A DNA stretch of 64,000 nt from an uncultured archaeon (GTDB lineage: Archaea > Thermoproteota > Nitrososphaeria > Nitrososphaerales > Gagatemarchaeaceae), in NCBI GenBank assembly GCA_963799775.1, contig CAWCYD010000003.1, positions 224,001 through 288,000 on the forward strand, written 5' to 3'. Below are positions 1 through 9,357 of this stretch, piece by piece. Position numbers and translations under genes: made by a program. The notes under the pieces were generated by a model, which was not told the DNA's origin, ran no database searches, and saw nothing but the letters and a program-made list of their open reading frames with translations. Numbering within the stretch: position 1 is the first letter of the stretch; every line of letters starts with the position of its first letter.

Positions 1-205
1 CACGATGACGGGAGGCCCGATGGACGGCGAGAGGACGATAACCTTCGTCCCGCTGGGGAAGAACAACACGCGAATCGAGGTCGATTGGGAGCTGAAGCTC
101 AAGGACGTCCCTGGCTTCGTCCAGACCATCGTCAAGGGCCAGATCGGCAAGGCCACGGACAACGCGCTGGAAAAGCTGGCCAAGGAGCTGGAGGCGAAGG
201 CATGA
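1..205 (+). CDS. SRPBCC/polyketide cyclase-like (START fold) protein, C-terminal part; probably starts before the window
   Basis: TRIEVDWELK...KATDNALEKL pattern resembles the SRPBCC C-terminal strand and helix. Confidence 0.6.
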   Translation, partial: TMTGGPMDGERTITFVPLGKNNTRIEVDWELKLKDVPGFVQTIVKGQIGKATDNALEKLAKELEAKA

Positions 206-267
206 AGGTCGGGCCTCTGCTATTCCGGATAACCGGCGTGGTCCTGCTCGTCCAGTTGCTCTTGTGA
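202..267 (+). pseudogene. 21-codon hydrophobic ORF, possibly a truncated membrane-protein gene
   Basis: ATGA overlap with the upstream stop; MKVGPLLFRITGVVLLVQLLL then stop. Confidence 0.3.
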
Positions 268-921
268 CTGCCGCTGTTGGGACGTTGCACCGGGCTGGGC
301 AGAGGATTCCTTCCCAGTATTGCTAGCTGACATCTTTGCGAGGTAAGCGCTTGTGACCGAACCAGTGTTCGGCTTTGAAAGGAGGTCGTACAGCCTCTCG
401 AAGAAGAAGAAGTAGTCCTCCGCCGCGTATTTCTTCCGCATCCCCATGATGAATGGCTTCGTCATCTCCCACGCCAACTTAGTGGCGAACATGTCGTCGA
501 CTATCTCCGGCTTCACGAAGCCCTTCGCGACGAGGAAGCCTAGGGACTCGAAGAGAGATGCGACCTGGAAGAATGCGAGCTGCTTGTCCTCGGGCAGCTT
601 CACAAATTCCTCGTAAGAGGAAATCTCCGCCCGCAAGACCGTGGTATAAGATCGCTGGACCTCCATGCTGTCCGCGAACTCGTAGATCCTCATGACGAGG
701 TCCATAGTGGCGAGGTCGCTGCTCTGCGTCACCTGCTTCAAGGTCAGGCTGGCTTGTTGGGCATTCGCGTCCGCCTGCCGCACCGAAACCCTGAGCATCT
801 CCTTGTCTTGCCTGATCTGGTAGACGACAAAGACGGATCCGAGGATGATGGCAATAGAGCTCAGGATCGATGTGTCTGTCGCAATCGTGCCGACGCTGAC
901 CTGGAGGGGCGCGATGAGCAT
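220..921 (-). CDS. DUF4760-like membrane-anchored protein
   Basis: N-terminal TM, then FESLGFLVAKG and YFFFFERLY motifs; TATA-like box ~30 nt upstream of ATG 921. Confidence 0.6.
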   Translation of the reverse strand: MLIAPLQVSVGTIATDTSILSSIAIILGSVFVVYQIRQDKEMLRVSVRQADANAQQASLTLKQVTQSSDLATMDLVMRIYEFADSMEVQRSYTTVLRAEISSYEEFVKLPEDKQLAFFQVASLFESLGFLVAKGFVKPEIVDDMFATKLAWEMTKPFIMGMRKKYAAEDYFFFFERLYDLLSKPNTGSVTSAYLAKMSASNTGKESSAQPGATSQQRQSQEQLDEQDHAGYPE

Positions 922-1039
922 CTTCGAGGACTTTGGGCCTGCCGATTCAATATAAGCTCTCTTCGAGCCTGTCCGCGATGCCTTGGTCCAAGGTCCGGTG
1001 ACCAACGTTTAACTTACACTGGGAGTCGCGGTCCCCACT

Positions 1040-1339
1040 TTGAAGATTCTGAGGCTCGAGTTCGCGCCGACGGTCTTCCTGATGCTGGCGGTGGTGCAGA
1101 TGGCCTCGCTCGCGAACGCCGGCCTCTTCGTCGATAGCTACGCGGTAGCCGGTCTCTTCAGCTTCTTGTCCTTGGCGAGCGGTCTGGGGGCGTATCTCTA
1201 CCTTCGCCGCAAAGACGTGACGGCGGCTCGCATCGGGATAGCGACCGGGGTACCTCTTCTTCATTATGCTCTTCGCAGTCGGCGAGTATCTCTTCGAGAC
1301 CTACGTCCCGACTTAAGTCCCTTCAACGAGCCTGCTTGA
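1040..1339 (+). CDS. small hypothetical membrane protein
   Basis: 99-aa ORF with 2-3 hydrophobic segments. Confidence 0.55.
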   Translation: MKILRLEFAPTVFLMLAVVQMASLANAGLFVDSYAVAGLFSFLSLASGLGAYLYLRRKDVTAARIGIATGVPLLHYALRSRRVSLRDLRPDLSPFNEPA

Positions 1340-2897
1340 CCAGAGTCGGAAGAGGCTTGTGGCTCTCCTGAGCCATCTTGGTGATGCCTCCCGTCAGACT
1401 CTGGCTCTTAATGCCCTTCGCCCCGAGCACCTGAGCCGCGCGCAGTGACGTATTTCCAGACATGCAAACTAGCATGACCTTCTTTTCACCTCGGTCGGAC
1501 TTGGCTCCTTCGTTCAGCATGCCCATCAATCCCTGAGATATCTGCTGGCTTGCGACCAGGTTGACTATGTCCCCTGGGGACGCTATCTTGACCGAGTCCA
1601 GGGGCACGCCGAGAGCGGTGGCTATGAGGTTCTTCCCTTCTTCAGTTGGGACGTATCCCATGTGAGTCCACAGCACCTCTCCGTATCTGTCCGCCCTGGA
1701 TTTGGCGCTTTCCAGAGTCACCTCGAGCCCTTCCTCTTCGTCTTCCTCGTTCTGGACCTTCTCGAGGATTCTCCGGTACTTCTTGGCCCCGTCAGCGAGG
1801 ATGACAAGGTATTTGCCCTCGCCGCCGAAGTTGACCATCTGGAGCACGGCGAAGAGCGCGAGGGCGCTGCTCTCGCCGATGTCGATGCCCTTGTTGACAA
1901 GGAACGCGAAGAGACGCTTGGCCTGCCCGAAATCGACCTCGTGCTCTCCCGCGTACTTCTCAGGCTCGTAGAACCTCAATCCGGTCGCCTTCGACTTGGT
2001 GCGGATCCCAGCCACATCTTGCCCTTCCGGAGGGAAGACCACGTGCACCGTCTTCTTTCCATACTTCTCTTGGACGTATCGGCTGAGGCCGCCAGAAGTC
2101 CCGCCCGTGCCGAACGTGCAGACTATCTGAAATTCGCCCAGCGAGAGCCCTCCCTCGTGAAGCTGTTGGTCGATCTCCGGAGCCGTCGTGCCATGATGCG
2201 CTTCCACGTTCTGCTCGTTATCGTATTGCTGTGGGCAGAACCCTCCATAGGCCTCTGCGAGGAGCTTGGCCAGGTTGATCACGTCCTGTCTCGCTAGGAT
2301 CTCCTCAATCCTTTGGCGCGAAGAGTCGAAGACTCGCGTGTCCAGCCCGATCTCCGCGAACCTTTCCCTCATGTTGGTCGCGACGACCTTTGCGAGGAGC
2401 AGGTTGGGGTCCATCTGCATCCCGGGGGCTGGGCACACGTCCACGTCCAGGTCGACCGTCTTGACGTTGCTCCTCTCGAGCTCTTCCAGCACTCCTTCCT
2501 GGAGCCTCCTTGATACCAGGACGATCACCTTGATCCCCAGGGCTCCCAGCATTCCCAAGGAGATCCCGAAGTTGCCCGAGGTCGCCTCGAAGACGACCAT
2601 TCCCCTCCTCAGGGCCCCAGAGCGGATCGCCTCGTAGGCAATCTGCATCGCGGCCCTGCTCTTCACGGACCCTCCCAAGAGAGGGGCCTCCAGCTTACCG
2701 AAGACCGCGAACTGCCGATCGGAGAAATCGAGACCGTATTCCTCCTTCGCGCAATCCTTCATGACCTGGGTGATGTCGAGAAGCGGGGTAGCGTTCACTA
2801 TCCGGCCCGATTCGGGGTGCGGGACTCTGGAAAGGATCTCCCTTTCAAAGGCCTTGAGAAGGTCGGAATCCACCCCTGAAGTGACGGGCTGTTGCAA
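1323..2897 (-). CDS. PLP-dependent cysteine synthase-like protein with a C-terminal rhodanese-like domain
   Basis: GGSVKSR (PLP Lys), EATSGNFG, GTGGT; C-terminal VCMSGNTS...LTGGI rhodanese loop. Confidence 0.8.
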   Translation of the reverse strand: MQQPVTSGVDSDLLKAFEREILSRVPHPESGRIVNATPLLDITQVMKDCAKEEYGLDFSDRQFAVFGKLEAPLLGGSVKSRAAMQIAYEAIRSGALRRGMVVFEATSGNFGISLGMLGALGIKVIVLVSRRLQEGVLEELERSNVKTVDLDVDVCPAPGMQMDPNLLLAKVVATNMRERFAEIGLDTRVFDSSRQRIEEILARQDVINLAKLLAEAYGGFCPQQYDNEQNVEAHHGTTAPEIDQQLHEGGLSLGEFQIVCTFGTGGTSGGLSRYVQEKYGKKTVHVVFPPEGQDVAGIRTKSKATGLRFYEPEKYAGEHEVDFGQAKRLFAFLVNKGIDIGESSALALFAVLQMVNFGGEGKYLVILADGAKKYRRILEKVQNEEDEEEGLEVTLESAKSRADRYGEVLWTHMGYVPTEEGKNLIATALGVPLDSVKIASPGDIVNLVASQQISQGLMGMLNEGAKSDRGEKKVMLVCMSGNTSLRAAQVLGAKGIKSQSLTGGITKMAQESHKPLPTLVKQAR

Positions 2898-3020
2898 TTC
2901 TGCTTCTTCGACCTGCGGCCTCGGGCCTCGATATAAGCCAAGTGATGGGGCAACTGTCCCGCCTCGACCAGTGGAAGGGGAAGCAATTTATCGGCAGGTC
3001 GTCAACCGTCAATTCCTCCG

Positions 3021-3545
3021 ATGCGCGCAAAGCCCGTGAACTTCATCGCCCCCGACGCGAAGCTTGGCAAGAACGTGAGGATATGGAACTACTCGTATGT
3101 CGGCTCCGGTAGCAAGATCGGCGACGGAGTCTCCATCGGGTTCCTCGCGCACGTGGACTACAACGTGAGAATCGGCGCGAGGACCAGGATCGAGGGGTTG
3201 GCATACATCCCTCCGCTGACCCGGATAGGCAAGGACGTCTTCATAGGCCCAGCGGCCGTGATCACCAACGACCCCTACCCCACGAGCAAAAAGATGGTCG
3301 GGGTGACCATCGAAGACGGCGCGGTCATAGGGGGAGGCTCCGTCATAAAGGCGGGAGTCACCATAGGAAAAAGGAGCGTAGTCGCGATGGGGGCTGTCGT
3401 GACGAAGGACGTGCCGCCCGGAGTGGTGGTCCTCGGGGTGCCAGCCAGGGTCGCATACACCAGGGAAGAGTATGACGCTAAGAAACTTGATTGGGAGACC
3501 GGAAAGCCCTCACGTAGAGCCAGTCCATCACGAACATCACGATGA
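3021..3545 (+). CDS. hexapeptide-repeat acyltransferase (sugar N-acetyltransferase-like)
   Basis: LbH repeats, FIGPAAVITND-YP, VVTKDVP, GVPAR. Confidence 0.9.
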   Translation: MRAKPVNFIAPDAKLGKNVRIWNYSYVGSGSKIGDGVSIGFLAHVDYNVRIGARTRIEGLAYIPPLTRIGKDVFIGPAAVITNDPYPTSKKMVGVTIEDGAVIGGGSVIKAGVTIGKRSVVAMGAVVTKDVPPGVVVLGVPARVAYTREEYDAKKLDWETGKPSRRASPSRTSR

Positions 3546-3750
3546 ACCAAGAGGCCGCCAGACCGAGAGTCAAGATGATCTTCAGCGCCGAGGAGGGTAA
3601 CGACGCTTCGTGCAGCTGAGGGCCGAGGGGCCTGACCACAACGAAGAACACGTAGGTCGCCCCGAGGATCAGCAGCCACGCCACCGTCACGACCCCCATC
3701 ATCGCAACCAGCGTGCCCTTTGACTTGTCGCCCGAGCTCATAGCAACCAC
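3478..3750 (-). CDS. small two-TM hypothetical protein
   Basis: Two hydrophobic helices; overlaps the end of the GT4 gene. Confidence 0.6.
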   Translation of the reverse strand: MVAMSSGDKSKGTLVAMMGVVTVAWLLILGATYVFFVVVRPLGPQLHEASLPSSALKIILTLGLAASWFIVMFVMDWLYVRAFRSPNQVS

Positions 3751-4772
3751 GTCATCACGGATGTCACGATAGACAAGAAGGCCGCGAAGGCCGTTATCGC
3801 CAGTATCCTGCTGACCAGCGTGAGCTCGTCCAGAGCTCCGCCCAGGAGTATCATCCTAACCAGGGTCGTGGGGGCCTGAGGATCGGTCGAGGCGTGGAGC
3901 TTCATGTCGTCTCCCAGGAACGTCGGCCTCGCGGCCATCTTCTTCCTCTCCACGAGGCCTCGCACGCTGGAGAGGACGTAGTAGGAGTTGATGACCGCTG
4001 GGATGAGGGCGACGAGAGCCGCTATCTCCACCCCTCCCACGATGGAGAGTATGACGTACATGGCCCCGAAAGAGAGCGCCCCGCTGTCGCCGTCGAAGAC
4101 CTTGGACGGATACCTGTTGAACGCGTAGAACGCGGCAGAGGCCGCGAGGAGAGGAAGCGCTATCGCGACCATGGCAGGCGAGGTATTGGGTAGCGCGTAC
4201 GCCCTCAAGACTATCCCGATTACGAGCGCAGCCGAGACTATGGTCGTGAATCCGGAGATCTCGCCGTTGAACGCGTCCAACATGTTGAAGGCGTTCGAGG
4301 ACACAGGGATAGAGGCCACGACGATGAGACCGAATATGATGTAGTGTGTCCCAGTCTGCGTGAAGAGCGGGAAGTAGAGGATAGGGTCGTAGACGTTCGG
4401 GTAGAAGTGCTCAGCCACGACTACGAAGAGAGCGACCACCGCCAAGAGAAAGGGCTTCACGACCCCGCCGAGCCCCTTCAGGTCGTCGTAGACGCCGATC
4501 AGGCCCGCCGAGCCGACCACCACGACCAGCACCAGCGGAAGGGCCGTGCCGTAGAACGCCCAGACGACAAGCTCCCCGACTATCATCGCGACGATGATCA
4601 GGGGGCCTGCTGGCGTGGGGACGCGAACGCTCCCGCTCTTGTGCGCGTCTCCGGTGGTCCTTCCTCTGGAGAGGAGGAACTTGATGTAACTCGGCATGAG
4701 GAGAAGGATGAGGCCAGCAGGTGCCACGAAAGAGAGCGCCAGGGGAAGAAGGTCTCCCCAGGAAGGAAGCAT
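3738..4772 (-). CDS. aglH: UDP-GlcNAc:dolichyl-phosphate GlcNAc-1-P transferase (MraY/AglH family)
   Basis: DAHK, IGVYDDL, NAFNMLD.NG, FNRYPSKVFDGDSG motifs; multi-TM. Confidence 0.8.
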   Translation of the reverse strand: MLPSWGDLLPLALSFVAPAGLILLLMPSYIKFLLSRGRTTGDAHKSGSVRVPTPAGPLIIVAMIVGELVVWAFYGTALPLVLVVVVGSAGLIGVYDDLKGLGGVVKPFLLAVVALFVVVAEHFYPNVYDPILYFPLFTQTGTHYIIFGLIVVASIPVSSNAFNMLDAFNGEISGFTTIVSAALVIGIVLRAYALPNTSPAMVAIALPLLAASAAFYAFNRYPSKVFDGDSGALSFGAMYVILSIVGGVEIAALVALIPAVINSYYVLSSVRGLVERKKMAARPTFLGDDMKLHASTDPQAPTTLVRMILLGGALDELTLVSRILAITAFAAFLSIVTSVMTWLL

Positions 4773-4882
4773 GTATGGGCCGGTCCGCCTACGTGAACCT
4801 TAAAAGACTTCGAGGCGCCAAAGGCAAGGCGGCCCAATCAAGGATAAATATCGCCCTATCTTGGCGGGGAGATTAGCTTACG

Positions 4883-5170
4883 ATGAACATCAAAGATCTT
4901 AGGGACGGAATGAGGACGGTCGAGACGGAAGGCGAGGTAATCGATATCTCCAGCCCGAGGGAAGTCTCGCTGCGGACCGGCGGCCAAGCAAGGGTCGCGG
5001 ACGCCACCCTCAAGGACGACACTGGCACGATCAAGCTGTCTCTGTGGGACAACCAGATCGACCAGGTGACAAAGGGAGCCCGAGTCAAGGTAAGCAATGG
5101 CTATACTAATAATTTCAGAGGCGAAGTTCAGCTCAATATAGGTCGCTACGGAAAGCTCGAGATACTCTAG
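4883..5170 (+). CDS. ssb: single-stranded DNA-binding protein (single OB fold, cren/thaumarchaeal type)
   Basis: LKDDTGTIKLSLW...VSNGYT..FRGEVQLNIGRYG. Confidence 0.9.
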   Translation: MNIKDLRDGMRTVETEGEVIDISSPREVSLRTGGQARVADATLKDDTGTIKLSLWDNQIDQVTKGARVKVSNGYTNNFRGEVQLNIGRYGKLEIL

Positions 5171-5276
5171 AGCTAGCTTCAGCTGAAAGGAACAAGGGGG
5201 TTGGCGCCTTCCAACGCATCGTTGCATAGGCTGCAAGGAAGAGCTGATCGTCGGAGTCAATTGGACTCCAGGTCTC

Positions 5277-6014
5277 ATGCGGAAGAATCACTTCAGATGC
5301 AAGACGTGTAGGAAGGCTCGCGACCACGAGTACTACCTGGAAAATCGAGATCACAAAATTGCGATGGTGTCACGATGGCAGGAGCTTAATCCTGAGCTTA
5401 CGGCGGAAATCCAGAGTCGCGCCCAGACAAGGCGACGTCTAGAGTCGTACGGTCTCACTCCCGAGGGTTACCAAAAGAAGATCCTGTCTCAACATGGACT
5501 ATGTCTCCTCTGCAAGTACCCATTATTCCTCGACGACAAGAAATCGTTCATGCGCCCTGTTCTCGACCACGATCACTCATTGAAGGGCGAAAAGAGGGTT
5601 CTTCGGGGCATCCTCCACCATAGTTGCAATCTTCTCCTGACAGAGAAAGTCTGCTCGAGGCCGAGCATCTTGCTGGAAGCGATAGCCTATCTGAAAGGGA
5701 GTACGACCGAGATAGCCTACAAGGCCAATGCTCACGGTGCCAACGCTCGATATTACGCCGACTATCTCCAAGCCATTGAACGGCTCCTCGAAGACCAACG
5801 GCGCTCCTGCAAGATATGCGGGTCTGAGTTCACGGCGGACAAGGTCCGAAACCAGTTCGGCATCTTCGAGAGCCGCTCCTTTGATGTCGACCATGGCGAA
5901 TACACCGGGCTTGTGCGAGGGTTGCTTTGTAGGCCATGCAATCTGCTCCTCGGGAACGCGAGGGAGAATCGCTACATCCTAGCGAGCGCCTACAGCTACC
6001 TGACTCCTTCTTGA
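5277..6014 (+). CDS. protein with two tandem Endonuclease VII-like (His-Me) domains and an N-terminal Zn finger; true start probably upstream
   Basis: Two CxxC...DH...RG[IL]L[HC]xxCNxxL units; frame open back to 5187, adding CIGC...CKTC. Confidence 0.8.
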   Translation: MRKNHFRCKTCRKARDHEYYLENRDHKIAMVSRWQELNPELTAEIQSRAQTRRRLESYGLTPEGYQKKILSQHGLCLLCKYPLFLDDKKSFMRPVLDHDHSLKGEKRVLRGILHHSCNLLLTEKVCSRPSILLEAIAYLKGSTTEIAYKANAHGANARYYADYLQAIERLLEDQRRSCKICGSEFTADKVRNQFGIFESRSFDVDHGEYTGLVRGLLCRPCNLLLGNARENRYILASAYSYLTPS

Positions 6015-6081
6015 GCACCTGATCAGACCCCCTGACGGCTTCACATTGCTTTTTATGACCGCGACATTGGGTTCTGGGTGA

Positions 6082-6624
6082 ATGGGCCGAACCGGGAAGG
6101 TCTATCGCAAGATTCGCGCTCGCTTCACCGACCAGCCTACTTTCTTCACCTGGGTGCGAGAGTCCAAGCTCGCCGCATCCGGGCGGCCGTCGTCGGGCGA
6201 GCAGGTGCGATGGCTGCGGGAGAACGGCGTTACCTCCATCCTCACCCTGACCGAAGACCCGCTCCCATCGCAGTGGACCCGAGGCTTGGAGGCTCACCAC
6301 ATCTCTCTCAAGGACCATGCGCCCCTCACTCCAGAGCAGATGATGAAGGGGGCCGACGTCCTCGCCTCCCAACTCTCAAAGGGGAAGGTCGTCCTCGTCC
6401 ACTGCCTGGCTGGGAAGGGAAGGACAGGCTGCGTGCTGGCTGCCTACATGATAGCATACGAGGGCAAGAGCGCTCGGCAGTCGATCGACGAGCTGCGGTC
6501 GCTCAGGGGTGGCTCGGTCGAGTACGCTCAGGAAAGGAACGTCCTGGAGTTCGAGAAAGAGGCCCTCAAAGGAAGACACCAGAGATCCCCGCAGCAAGGA
6601 ACCACAAACCGAAGCCCGCCATGA
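6082..6624 (+). CDS. dual-specificity protein phosphatase
   Basis: VHCLAGKGRTG P-loop (HCx5R). Confidence 0.9.
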   Translation: MGRTGKVYRKIRARFTDQPTFFTWVRESKLAASGRPSSGEQVRWLRENGVTSILTLTEDPLPSQWTRGLEAHHISLKDHAPLTPEQMMKGADVLASQLSKGKVVLVHCLAGKGRTGCVLAAYMIAYEGKSARQSIDELRSLRGGSVEYAQERNVLEFEKEALKGRHQRSPQQGTTNRSPP

Positions 6625-7178
6625 GGATGGCGGACGCATACGCTATTGGCCTTGCCAACCTCTCGTATCTTGTGACTCCCTTGTAGACGAGCGTCGTGAA
6701 GATGAGCGTCCACCCGACTATCCCGGCGAAGAAGCCGACCGCGATGTCGCCTCCGAACTCAGCCACCATGCCGGCGCCTATGGCGATCCACCATCCCAGC
6801 TGGTAGGGGTTGGTGAGGCCTATGGAGAGGCCCATCAAGAAGGGGGAGCCCCGCGCGCGTGGAGACGCCCGGCTGGACACTATCGGCTCGCGGCGGAATC
6901 TCACGACGGTCGAGAGGGCAAGATAGAGCATGAGCAACCCGCCGAAGACGAAGAGGAGGGTCCCTCTCCTCGACGGTCACGAGCTTCGAGACTCCAAAAT
7001 AGGTCAAGACGAAGAAGACCCCGTCGGCGACCGTCGCCCCGGCGGTCACAAGCCAGCCGGCCAGCCACATGCGTGCGACCACCTCCTGAGCCGCCAAGGC
7101 CATGACAGGCCCCGGGGGCGCCGCTATGGAGAGGCCCAAGGCGACACCGCTCAGAAGCACTTGGAGCCCCGCCAACAA
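6566..7178 (-). CDS. LysE family exporter (one frameshift near 6960)
   Basis: GLSIAAPPGPV N-terminus and LTNPYQLGWW C-terminal half in adjacent frames. Confidence 0.85.
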
Positions 7179-7308
7179 GCAGGCCCGCGGTCACCTCCAC
7201 GTCTAAAAGGACTTGCGAGCGCTCCCATTAGATTTCACACGGAGATGCGACGAGGCGTTCATGGCTATGGTATAGGCTTAAATCGGCGACCGCGCCGGAA
7301 CCGAGGTC

Positions 7309-7431
7309 ATGACTCTAGAAGACAAGGTAAGATACGGAATGCTGGCACTCGGTGGCGCATCAGTCGTCCTGGCGACGCTCGGTGTGCACATCTCCCCTCT
7401 CGACGGCTATCTCGGCGGCTGGGGAAGCTAG
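7309..7431 (+). CDS. 40-aa small peptide MTLEDKVRYGMLALGGASVVLATLGVHISPLDGYLGGWGS (not in the ORF track)
   Basis: TATA-like CTTAAAT ~27 nt upstream of ATG, GAGGT just before ATG; charged N-terminus, hydrophobic helix, Gly-rich tail. Confidence 0.65.
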   Translation: MTLEDKVRYGMLALGGASVVLATLGVHISPLDGYLGGWGS

Positions 7432-7463
7432 GAAATACGGCCCTAGGTCAGATAGACTCTGCC

Positions 7464-8615
7464 CTAGGGCGCTCTCTTAATTTGCAGCAGTAGCTGCTCG
7501 AACTTCCTGAGCGTCTCCTCGGAGTCGAACTTCCAAGTCCTTGACTCGTTGTCATACAGTTTGGGCACGAGCCTGAACGACGCCGAGTGCTTCTGGTCGG
7601 CCATGAACCACCGCGCCTTGTCCTTGACCGGAGTCAGGAGCCGGGAGAGGAACTCCATCGCCTCTGATATCGTCTCCGTCGGGAACGCGAACTGAGCGTA
7701 GTAGCTGTTGCCACCGACCGCCTCCCACCATAGGAAAGGAAGCGTGTTGGTCAGCCCCATCAGAGTGGTCTTCTCGTTCGGGGTAAGGTCCTTGACTATG
7801 ACGTCCACGGGCTGGTATGTGTGCCTCCTGTGCTTGCCCCTGTCGCTTTCGGGGTTGTACGTGGTCCCAATCCAGTTGACCCTGTGCCCCTTCAACATCT
7901 GCCGTCCGAGCACGTGCTTCCGATAATGGAAGCTCAGAGTCTTGTAGTTGATCCCGGTCTCCTTCTGGATCTCTGAGAGAGGCCTGGTCTCATCACGCTG
8001 GAGCCCCTCGATTATCTGGAGGTCGATCCTGTCGAGGTCGCCTCTTGGCGAAGCGCCTTCGATCGGCTCCGGGTAGACCTTCGCCGTCCTGGACCACTCG
8101 AACTCCCAGCGGCCCGCCTCAAAGTCGTATAGCTCCGACTTCATGGGGGCGTTCCTCGCCCAATCGTATCTCGAGAAATCGACGGAGGTGAAGAGCCCGG
8201 CCGACTCGAGCTTGCGCATCATCTCCGTCCAGGCTCCAACCGACTCGGCGGGGACCAGGCCTTGGACGATGTAGTGACCATCAGGGAGGGTTTTGACGAA
8301 GCTCTGGACGTAGCAGATCTGGCTCATCGCCACGAGTATCGACTCGGACTGGGTCTCGAACTCCTTCGCAAAGTCAACGACGGCGACCACCCTCGAGAGC
8401 CCCAGGCCCTCGAAGTTTACCATGGGTTGGAAGGCGATTCCTTGCTTGATCAGCTTCTTGAACCAATAACGCACCGACTCTTTGTGCTCGCCCATCCTCT
8501 TCGCGACCAGCGGGATGTCGGGCCCGACCTCGGTGACTATTCTCACGAACTCTGCGACCTTGGAATTGATGTCCCTAGGTCGTTTCATGTCCTGCATCGC
8601 AGGTTCTGAAACCAT
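7464..8615 (-). CDS. tandem Lrp/AsnC-like transcriptional regulator (two HTH plus ligand-binding units)
   Basis: HTH1 IPLVAKRMGEHKESVRYW...GLGLSRV; HTH2 LDRIDLQIIEGLQRD.TRPLSEI...GINYKTL; TATA ATTAAATA ~27 nt before ATG 8615. Confidence 0.75.
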   Translation of the reverse strand: MVSEPAMQDMKRPRDINSKVAEFVRIVTEVGPDIPLVAKRMGEHKESVRYWFKKLIKQGIAFQPMVNFEGLGLSRVVAVVDFAKEFETQSESILVAMSQICYVQSFVKTLPDGHYIVQGLVPAESVGAWTEMMRKLESAGLFTSVDFSRYDWARNAPMKSELYDFEAGRWEFEWSRTAKVYPEPIEGASPRGDLDRIDLQIIEGLQRDETRPLSEIQKETGINYKTLSFHYRKHVLGRQMLKGHRVNWIGTTYNPESDRGKHRRHTYQPVDVIVKDLTPNEKTTLMGLTNTLPFLWWEAVGGNSYYAQFAFPTETISEAMEFLSRLLTPVKDKARWFMADQKHSASFRLVPKLYDNESRTWKFDSEETLRKFEQLLLQIKRAP

Positions 8616-8756
8616 GGAGGCATTCCATGAGGCGTTGGTATTTAATCTTGTGCGATTTCTCAATAGACCCATAGAGGCACTATACTGTAATTCGGCAAAG
8701 CAGCTTCAGCGACTTCTTCATCTCTATATCGCGGCGCTTGCCCGCTCGCGCGAGAA

Positions 8757-9350
8757 GTGTCTCATGTGAACGTTGGACGGTTCGCGACAGTCAACCTCGT
8801 CTTGGTCTCGCTCTTCGCTGTCGCCCTCCTCTTCGCTCTGGAGACGGCTCCCGAGCCCTATCTCTTCGGCATCGGAGGCCTCGCCGACCTCTCGGGGTTT
8901 CTTGCCCTCGGCTTGATCGCCGCAACGGGCATAATGATGCTATTCAAGGGCAGACTCACCTCACGGGCTGGGAGTCCCGAGCGACTCTGGCGATTGCACA
9001 TCATCATAGCCGGGATCGGAGGGTTCTTCCTAGGGATCCACGTCGTCCTCTTCCTCGCCTTCCCGATCTCGCTCCCTGTCCTGTTGGGCTACGCTGGCAC
9101 CGGGGCCGCCCTCTTCGTCTGGATAACGGGGAGCCTGTATTTCCAGGGCGCGCGCAACTCGATGTTTCTCCACGGGGTGTTCTCTATCGGCGCAGTCTTC
9201 CTCTTTGTCGTCCACACATTTGGGGCGGGCCGGAACATCCCGGTCGTGCTCTCAGGGCTGAGCCTCGCCTTCGCGGCCCTGGCCATGCTCGCCGGTGTCG
9301 CGTGGAAGATAGTCGCTGCTTCTAGGTCAGAGAAAGCTCAGGCCGCCTGA
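8757..9350 (+). CDS. multi-pass membrane protein with intramembrane His residues (cytochrome b/ferric reductase-like TM)
   Basis: About 6 TM segments; WRLHII, IHVV, LHGV, VVHT histidines. Confidence 0.55.
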   Translation: MSHVNVGRFATVNLVLVSLFAVALLFALETAPEPYLFGIGGLADLSGFLALGLIAATGIMMLFKGRLTSRAGSPERLWRLHIIIAGIGGFFLGIHVVLFLAFPISLPVLLGYAGTGAALFVWITGSLYFQGARNSMFLHGVFSIGAVFLFVVHTFGAGRNIPVVLSGLSLAFAALAMLAGVAWKIVAASRSEKAQAA

Positions 9351-9357
9351 GAGGCGG

